Source of the DNA: an uncultured Lachnospiraceae bacterium
GTDB taxonomy: Bacteria > Bacillota > Clostridia > Lachnospirales > Lachnospiraceae
DNA length: 64,000 bases
Direction of reading: 5' to 3'
Assembly: GCA_947588845.1 (NCBI GenBank)
Contig: CANQAR010000006.1
Span: 3,903 to 67,902 of the forward strand
Part shown: in pieces, positions 57,599-64,000 of the stretch
How the letters are laid out: every line of letters begins with the position of its first letter
Position numbering within the stretch: position 1 is the first letter of the stretch
The notes under the pieces: model-generated
The model's database searches: none
What the model was told of the DNA's origin: nothing
The model's input: only the letters and a program-made list of their open reading frames with translations
Translations under genes and position numbers: made by a program

Positions 57599-58489
57599 AT
57601 GCTTCGCACAAAATCGAACATCCGGTATCAGGCTATTATCAATACAGTCATGATGCTGGTTACTGTTATCATGGTCGCTCCGCTGGTTCTGCTGTTTATC
57701 TCTTCCATTTCCTCGGAGAGATCCCTGCTGGTAAACGGGTATTCTTTTCTCCCGAAAGAGCTGAGTCTGGATGCCTATCGGTATATTTTCAGCAACCGGC
57801 AGACGATTTTCCGGGCATATGGAATTACAATTATCGTGACAATTATCGGCACAACGTGCAACGTGATGCTGTCCGCGATGATGGGATATGCGCTTTCCGT
57901 AAGAAAGCTGCCATTCCGGAATATCATTAATTTTTATATCTTCTTTACGATGCTGTTCAGCGGCGGTCTGGTACCCTCGTATCTGATGTGGGCAAATACA
58001 TTCCATATCAAAAATACGCTGCTGGCGCTGATCCTGCCGAATTTTCTTTTAAGCGCGATGAATGTGATCCTGGTACGTACCTATTACACCACAAGTATTC
58101 CGGAAGCGCTGTATGAGGCGGCGAAAATCGACGGAGCCTCCTATCTGCAGATTTTTACAAAAGTTGTTTTTCCCATGGGGAAGCCGATACTTGTCACTAT
58201 CGGGCTGTTTTCAGGCCTGACCTACTGGAATGACTGGACAAACGGACTTTACTATATCAATGATCCAAAGTTGTACAGCATCCAGAATCTTCTGAATAAA
58301 ATGATCCAGGATGTTCAGGCGCTTCAGGCAAATGCTTCCGCGGCAGGAAGCGGGGCCGCAATGCAGATTCCGACAGTCAGTGTGCGTATGGCGATTGCTT
58401 TTGTGGCGATCCTCCCGATCCTGATCATCTATCCGTTCCTGCAGAAATATTTTGCAGAGGGTGTTGCACTTGGAGCAGTCAAGGGCTGA
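57599..58489 (+). CDS. carbohydrate ABC transporter permease (LplC-like)
   Basis: EAA loop YEAAKIDGASYLQIFTKVVFPMGKP. Confidence 0.9.
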   Translation: MLRTKSNIRYQAIINTVMMLVTVIMVAPLVLLFISSISSERSLLVNGYSFLPKELSLDAYRYIFSNRQTIFRAYGITIIVTIIGTTCNVMLSAMMGYALSVRKLPFRNIINFYIFFTMLFSGGLVPSYLMWANTFHIKNTLLALILPNFLLSAMNVILVRTYYTTSIPEALYEAAKIDGASYLQIFTKVVFPMGKPILVTIGLFSGLTYWNDWTNGLYYINDPKLYSIQNLLNKMIQDVQALQANASAAGSGAAMQIPTVSVRMAIAFVAILPILIIYPFLQKYFAEGVALGAVKG

Positions 58490-58793
58490 GAAAGGACTCT
58501 TGCGGGCGGACCCTGAACAGACAGGAGATGGCTGCCGCCCTGGCGGACGGTGAGCAGCAGACCTGTATCAGAGACGGCTATCCGGCATCCGGCGACTGAA
58601 CTGGCTGTCGGATGGCCGTTTTCTCTGTGCGCAGGCCCGTGTAAGGAAAATAACTGCTGCAGCACACGGGCCGCGCGGGCGGGCAGGAAGGAATAAGACT
58701 GTGCGTGGCAAAATGGAAGAGTATCTCCGCGGCGCAGAAAGAAAGGAACAAGGAAAGAAAAGATATACAGATATATAAAGGAGCAACAAAAAT

Positions 58794-59576
58794 ATGGCAA
58801 GAATTGAGTGCAATGTAATTTCATATGTTTTACAGAGAGCTGTGGATATCACGGTCATTATTCCGACTGTGACGATGCCGGAGGCAATGCTCTGCTGGGG
58901 CAGTCATCCATCACATACAGTGAAAGAAGATTATCCGGTACTCTATCTGCTCCACGGCATGGGAAACAATCATGCGACCTGGTGCGGGTACAGCAATATT
59001 GAATTGTTTGCGGAGGAGCGGAATATTGCTGTTGTCATGATTTCCGGAGAGAATAAATTTTACCGCTCTGTGCCGGGCGGAGACGATTATGAGAGATTTA
59101 TTGAAGAAGAGCTTCCGGAATTTGTAACAAACATGTTTCCCATTTCCAGACTGCCGGAACAGACGTATATTGCCGGACTGTCCATGGGAGGCGCGGGCGC
59201 TTTGATGCACGGCCTTGGCAATCCGGGAAAATATGCCGCGATCGGCGCCTTTTCCGCGGCGATACATAAAGGAGATCCGGATTCAGAAAAAGCGGACGAC
59301 TGCGGATTGCCGGATCCCGGAGAGAAGGCGGAGGAAATCCTCCGAATGGGTGAAAAAATTCCGAAGATTTATCTGGCCTGCGGGACGGAGGACTTTCTGT
59401 ATCAGGAAAATCAGATGTTCAGAGATTTTCTGATGGAAAAGCATGCGGACGTTACCTGGGTTTCGGCTGCCGGGTATGGACATGAGTGGAGATTCTGGAA
59501 TCAGCAGATTGAATGTTTTCTGGACTGGATTCCGCGGACTGACGGGTATGCGAAGCAGGGAAAACGAAAGATATAA
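58794..59576 (+). CDS. alpha/beta-hydrolase esterase (esterase-D/CE1-like)
   Basis: PVLYLLHG and GLSMGG nucleophile-elbow motifs, with an HEW near the C-terminus. Confidence 0.8.
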   Translation: MARIECNVISYVLQRAVDITVIIPTVTMPEAMLCWGSHPSHTVKEDYPVLYLLHGMGNNHATWCGYSNIELFAEERNIAVVMISGENKFYRSVPGGDDYERFIEEELPEFVTNMFPISRLPEQTYIAGLSMGGAGALMHGLGNPGKYAAIGAFSAAIHKGDPDSEKADDCGLPDPGEKAEEILRMGEKIPKIYLACGTEDFLYQENQMFRDFLMEKHADVTWVSAAGYGHEWRFWNQQIECFLDWIPRTDGYAKQGKRKI

Positions 59577-59618
59577 GCCGCTGCGTTTGCCTTGTACAAA
59601 GACAGGAGGAGTGAAAAG

Positions 59619-62171
59619 GTGAAGAAAAAGATAAGAGAATTTGGCGGAAGCAAAAATTCGGAAATGTCCGCGAGAGAAAAGAAAAACCGGGAAATTGCCC
59701 GCATGGCCGCCTCGGAAGGGATTGTTTTGCTGAAAAATGAAGGAATTCTGCCTTTGCGGACGGATAAACCGATTGCGCTGTTCGGGGCAGGGGCAAAGAG
59801 AACGGTAAAGGGAGGAACCGGTTCGGGTGATGTGAACGAACGGGAATGTGTCAGCATCTGCCAGGGATTAAAGAATGCAGGCTTTGCGATCACAAGTGAA
59901 AGCTGGCTAAACGATTATGAGGAGCGATACTGGCAGGCAAGACAGAAGTGGAAAGAGGAAATTCTGAAGGAGACAGGAGGGACAACATCCCCGTCATTTT
60001 TCAAAATTTATTCTTCTCATGTGTTTGCCATGCCGCAGGGCCGCAGCATAAGGGAGAAGGATCTGGAAGGTGCGGCTGCCTGTATTTATGTGGTCAGCCG
60101 AATCGCAGGTGAAAATGCGGATCGCAGGGAGTGCGAAGGAGACTATTACCTTGCCGGACAGGAAGAAGAGGATATCCGGATGCTCTGTTCTCATAATGAG
60201 AATGTGATTGTGATCATAAATTCCGGGGGACAGATTGATGTGGAAGAGTGGCCGGATTTTCCGCAAATCAAAGCTGTTTTGTACATAGGTCAGTTGGGAA
60301 TGGAAGGCGGGAACGCGCTTGCGGATGTTCTCACAGGGAAGGTGACTCCCAGTGGGAAGCTCACAGATACATGGGCGAAGAAGTATGATGATTTTCCGAA
60401 CGCGAAGACCTTCAGCCATCAGAACGGAAATGTTTTTACAGAAAAATATGAGGAAGGCATTTATGTCGGATACCGGTACTTTGACAGTTTCGGCGTTGAC
60501 CCGAAGTATCCGTTCGGATATGGCTTGTCCTATACAGATTTTGCATTTGCCTGTGAGGAGATTGCGGTGAACGCAGGAAAGATCACTGTGAAAGCGTCCG
60601 TCAGGAATACAGGAACTGTTTTTGCGGGAAAAGAAATCTTACAGGTGTACTGTGCATGTCCGCAGCGACAGCTGACGAAAGAGATAAAACGACTGTGCGG
60701 GTTTGCCAAGACGGATTTGCTCGCTCCCGGGGAGAGCCAGCAGATCAGTATTTCATTTCCGGCAAAGAATCTGGCGTCTTTTTCTGAGCAGGAGAGCGCA
60801 TGGATCATGGAGCAGGGGTATTATATCCTGCTTTTGGGAAATTCTTCCCGGAGTCTGGAAGTTGTGGGCGCTCTGAATGTGGAAGCAGATGCCGTTCTGC
60901 AGCGGGTATCTCATATCTGCCCGCTTGAGGAAGAACTTTCGGAGATTGTCCCGGAAAAAGATACGATGAGGAGACAGGCGGATGCGTTGTGGGAGCTCGT
61001 GCGGAAAGAAAAACTGCCGGTGATCTCATTTGTGCCTGAGGAGGAGCTGCCGGTATACCGGCCGGAGAGTGAATATCAAAAAGAGGCCGCCAGGATGGTT
61101 GAAAAACTTACCGATGAAGAACTGACTGCGATGGTGATCGGGGAAGTGAATAAAGCGCAGTCCAGCGCTTTGGGCTCTGCAGGGGTAAAGGTGCCGGGAG
61201 CCGCAGGAGAGACAAGTGGGATCCTGGAAGAAAAATGGGGAATACCGGGCATTTCTATGGCAGATGGACCAGCAGGTTTGCGGCTGATAAAAAAATACAG
61301 CTTTGATCCGGATATAATGCAGGTATATGGAATCGGAATTTCGCAGGCGCTGGAAGGAGGTTTCTTTTCTGATTCACAGGAGGAAGAAGGGTCTGAGGTG
61401 AGATACCAGTACTGCACGGCATTTCCTGTCGGAACTGTGCTTGCCCAGACCTGGAACGTACCGCTGCTGGAGATAACAGGGGGAGCAGTCGCGGAAGAAA
61501 TGCAGGAGTTTCAGGTGGCGTGGTGGCTGGCTCCCGGTATGAATATTCACAGAAATCCTCTGTGTGGGCGTAACTTTGAATACTACTCGGAAGATCCGCT
61601 GGTCAGTGGCCTGATGGCGGCAGCTATTACGAGAGGAGTGCAGTCTGTCCCGGGGGTTGGCACCACGATCAAGCATTTTGCATGCAATAACCAGGAGGAT
61701 AACCGTATGGGATCGGACAGCGTCATTTCAGAGCGTGCGCTGCGGGAGATTTATCTGCGTGGTTTTGAGATCGCAGTCAGAAAATCCCAGCCGATGGCAA
61801 TCATGACATCCTACAATAAAGTCAACGGGGTACATGCCGCAAATGCCAGAGATCTCTGTACGGTCGCAGCGCGGGAAGAATGGAATTTCCGGGGGATTAT
61901 CATGACAGACTGGACGACGACGTATCCTGCGGGCGGAAGTATTTCCTGGAAGTGTCCGGCGGCCGGGAACGATCTGATTATGCCCGGTTATGCAGGGGAT
62001 TTTGAGAGCATACGTAAGGCGTTGGAGAGTGAAAAACTGAGTCGGGAAGATCTGAAAAACTGTGTGAAACGGCTGCTCACAGTCATTTATCAGACGCTCG
62101 GATTTGAGGACTGCAAATGTTATGACTCTGGTTTGCGCGAGGAGTACAATGAAGTTAAGGCTTGCCCGTGA
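59619..62171 (+). CDS. glycoside hydrolase family 3 beta-glucosidase/xylosidase-like enzyme, domain-permuted
   Basis: The sandwich-domain motif FPFGYGLSYT comes first. The catalytic barrel motifs KHFACNNQEDNR and IMTDW lie C-terminal. GTG 59619 lies 9 nt after AGGAGG. Confidence 0.8.
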   Translation: MKKKIREFGGSKNSEMSAREKKNREIARMAASEGIVLLKNEGILPLRTDKPIALFGAGAKRTVKGGTGSGDVNERECVSICQGLKNAGFAITSESWLNDYEERYWQARQKWKEEILKETGGTTSPSFFKIYSSHVFAMPQGRSIREKDLEGAAACIYVVSRIAGENADRRECEGDYYLAGQEEEDIRMLCSHNENVIVIINSGGQIDVEEWPDFPQIKAVLYIGQLGMEGGNALADVLTGKVTPSGKLTDTWAKKYDDFPNAKTFSHQNGNVFTEKYEEGIYVGYRYFDSFGVDPKYPFGYGLSYTDFAFACEEIAVNAGKITVKASVRNTGTVFAGKEILQVYCACPQRQLTKEIKRLCGFAKTDLLAPGESQQISISFPAKNLASFSEQESAWIMEQGYYILLLGNSSRSLEVVGALNVEADAVLQRVSHICPLEEELSEIVPEKDTMRRQADALWELVRKEKLPVISFVPEEELPVYRPESEYQKEAARMVEKLTDEELTAMVIGEVNKAQSSALGSAGVKVPGAAGETSGILEEKWGIPGISMADGPAGLRLIKKYSFDPDIMQVYGIGISQALEGGFFSDSQEEEGSEVRYQYCTAFPVGTVLAQTWNVPLLEITGGAVAEEMQEFQVAWWLAPGMNIHRNPLCGRNFEYYSEDPLVSGLMAAAITRGVQSVPGVGTTIKHFACNNQEDNRMGSDSVISERALREIYLRGFEIAVRKSQPMAIMTSYNKVNGVHAANARDLCTVAAREEWNFRGIIMTDWTTTYPAGGSISWKCPAAGNDLIMPGYAGDFESIRKALESEKLSREDLKNCVKRLLTVIYQTLGFEDCKCYDSGLREEYNEVKACP

Positions 62172-62224
62172 ATTCTGTGCGTGGAAAAAGAAAGAAAAGG
62201 AAGGAAGTTTTGAATAAAACGAAT

Positions 62225-63067
62225 ATGGAAACTCAGCTTTTCAAATCGGAGAGAGTGTCAGAAAAAATCACACGGATTCGTGGAATTGCAGGGGAACTGA
62301 TGTATCTGGTGGAGGGCACAGAAGAAGCATTTTTGATTGATACGGGAGTTGGCATCGGTAATCTGAAAAAATTTCTGAAGACTTTGACAGATAAGAAAGT
62401 GACGGTTCTGCTCAGCCATGGGCATGTGGATCATGCCCTTGGAGCAGGACTGTTTGAAAACGTTTATATGAATCCATATGATGAGAAGGTGTACAGAGAA
62501 AATTCGGCATTGTCTCATCGGATTGCTTTTTTTGACACTGTTATTGATCATTGGAGAGAATACGTGAAAAAAGAAGACATCATTGAAGAACCAGTGAACC
62601 AATTTCTGCCGTTGAAGGAAAGGCAGTATTTTTTTCCAGGGGGAATAACGATTGAGGCGCTGCCGCTGCCTGGACATACACGAGGATCAATGGTATTTTT
62701 ATTTCCGGAGGAAAGATCTGTATTATTCGGAGACGCCTGCAATTCTTTTACTTTTTTGTTTGATCATAACTCCTGTTGTGTATCTGAGTACAGAAGGAGT
62801 CTGATCTGGCTTCAGGATAAAATACACGGCCGGTATGACAGAGGATATGTGTCTCATGGGAGTGGAGAAGCGCCGGATGGACTGCTGGAATCTGCAATAG
62901 AACTGACAGAGGATATTCTTAAAGGCAAAGCAGATCGTGTTCCATTTGAATTTATGGGAGATTCTGCGTGGATTGCCCGAAAGGTGGATAAGAAACTCAG
63001 AAGAATAGATGGTGGTGCCGCGAATATCGTATATTCTGAAAAAACATGGGTTTCGGATACAGGATAA
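62225..63067 (+). CDS. MBL-fold metallo-hydrolase
   Basis: HGHVDH (HxHxDH) motif and a later GHTRGS. TTG 62210 is an alternative start. Confidence 0.75.
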   Translation: METQLFKSERVSEKITRIRGIAGELMYLVEGTEEAFLIDTGVGIGNLKKFLKTLTDKKVTVLLSHGHVDHALGAGLFENVYMNPYDEKVYRENSALSHRIAFFDTVIDHWREYVKKEDIIEEPVNQFLPLKERQYFFPGGITIEALPLPGHTRGSMVFLFPEERSVLFGDACNSFTFLFDHNSCCVSEYRRSLIWLQDKIHGRYDRGYVSHGSGEAPDGLLESAIELTEDILKGKADRVPFEFMGDSAWIARKVDKKLRRIDGGAANIVYSEKTWVSDTG

Positions 63068-63100
63068 TTAACAAGTTTTTTATGCTTTGCTTATATGTCA

Positions 63101-63130
63101 GGGGCTTGAGAAATCAAGCCCCCATTTTCA
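63101..63130 (+). terminator. terminator-like hairpin forming the 5' exon of the group II intron
   Basis: GGGGCTT / AAGCCCC stem with loop GAGAAATC, then CATTTTCA directly abutting the intron's 5' GTGCG. Confidence 0.55.
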
Positions 63131-64000
63131 GTGCGCCCGGCGGGCGCACGTTCTAATGGGTGAAAGTCCCTGACCCGCCCGGCAGTGGGAAGGGTGCAGT
63201 CAAGGGCAAGGGCGTCACCGTGAGGTGGGGTCTGAAGGAAGCCGGAGACAAAACACTGGCCTGTAAAAGTTGCCCGGACAGGCTGTGAAGCGTGGATGAG
63301 GTTGCTGAACAAACCAAAATCCAATAACTGCACGGAACGCCAGCAGTATACGGGGCAGGTATAAGTGGGAAAGAACGTGCGAGTACCCGGGGAGATCTCA
63401 CGGACATGGCAATGTGATAAAACATTCGCAGCCATGGTCGAAAAAGGTTTGCCGTGAGAAGTCAGCAGAGCCCATATTACAATACCCGGTGGCTTAAGAC
63501 ACAGGGAAAGGGGCGAACAATAGGAGGTGCCATTCTCAAATGGAAACCGGACATGGAATTAAGTACAGACAACTTCATATCGAGGACTACCTGAGAGAGA
63601 TATCTGCGGAACAGGAAAGGGTATCAGGAGTGTACGCCCATGAATGGATTACCGGGGACACTGACACCAATACGGACTTTTGGACGGACAACCTGCTCGA
63701 TACCATACTTAGAAGCGATAACCTCAATGCCGCATATAAGAAGGTGAAAGAGAACGGAGGCTCCGGTGGGATTGACAGAATGCAGGTGGATGAACTTCTG
63801 CCTTACCTGAGAGAACATCGGAAGGAACTGGTCGGGCAGCTGCGGAGGGGGAAGTACAAGCCCAATCCAGTCCGCAGGGTAGAGATACCAAAGGAGGAGA
63901 AAGGCAAAGTCAGAAAATTAGGAGTGCCCACGATGGTTTCATACTGCACACCTCCCAACAGTGTTTTATAATAACGGCTGTTTCCAGTAATAATGAGGAA
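63131..64000 (+). mobile_element. group II intron, class C-like (5' part; runs to or past the window edge)
   Basis: 5' GTGCGCCCGG. Domain I-III-like motifs GGGTGAAAGTCCC, TCTGAAGGAAGCCGGAGACAAAA, TACCCGGGGAG and GAAGTCAGCAGAG. The RT ORF sits where domain IV is expected. Insertion just after a terminator hairpin is the class C hallmark. Confidence 0.75.
63540..63971 (+). pseudogene. group II intron reverse transcriptase/maturase, truncated after RT block 2
   Basis: SDNLNAAYKKVKENGGSGGIDRMQVDEL and YKPNPVRRVEIPKEEKGKVRKLGVPT match RT domains 0-2. Homology ends at about 63933 (…GVPT|MVSYCTPPNSVL*), where VxDRxxQ would be expected. Confidence 0.7.

Overview
The window looks like chromosomal DNA from a moderately GC-rich Firmicute. 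Gene content and synteny suggest Clostridia, possibly Lachnospiraceae; that assignment is inference only. Most of it is housekeeping:
- Fe-ADH, cysE, maf, truA, htrA, gdhA, larB, an rsmF-like gene, ppiB and a rubredoxin missed by the ORF track.
- tRNA-Gly and tRNA-Pro.
- The conserved origin-proximal block: decarboxylase (yaaO-like), guanylate-kinase-like gene, holB, yaaT/ricT, an NPPY methyltransferase and rsmI.
- glmS.

Two sugar-uptake loci are present:
- A LacI regulator with a binding protein and two permeases.
- An AraC-GH39-like regulator with an LplABC-type ABC transporter, an esterase, a permuted GH3 and an MBL hydrolase.

The items most worth follow-up:
1. A single 1075-codon ORF (24886-28113) fuses a TetM/EF-G-type translational GTPase to a Rae1/YacP-type NYN endoribonuclease through a long disordered linker.
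2. An unannotated type I toxin-antitoxin-like module (45320-45704) has a 39-aa holin-like hydrophobic peptide, a convergent antisense promoter and terminator, an anti-SD element and 5'-3' UTR complementarity.
3. A class-C-like group II intron (63131 onward) sits 8 nt after a terminator hairpin. Its RT ORF breaks off abruptly, and a near-identical unoccupied hairpin site lies at 52091-52121.
4. A 1615-aa SWIM/SNF2 helicase carries a roughly 135-residue ER/K-type charged helix insert.
5. Hydrophilic low-complexity or tandem-repeat insertions recur inside otherwise conserved enzymes.
6. An AT-rich two-gene GNAT cassette abuts the fusion gene.
7. Three AAA-ATPase/PD-(D/E)XK paralogs are present, two of them decayed.

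No CRISPR array, rRNA, prophage or IS element with clear ends was seen. All family assignments rest on motifs read by eye and need HMM or BLAST confirmation.
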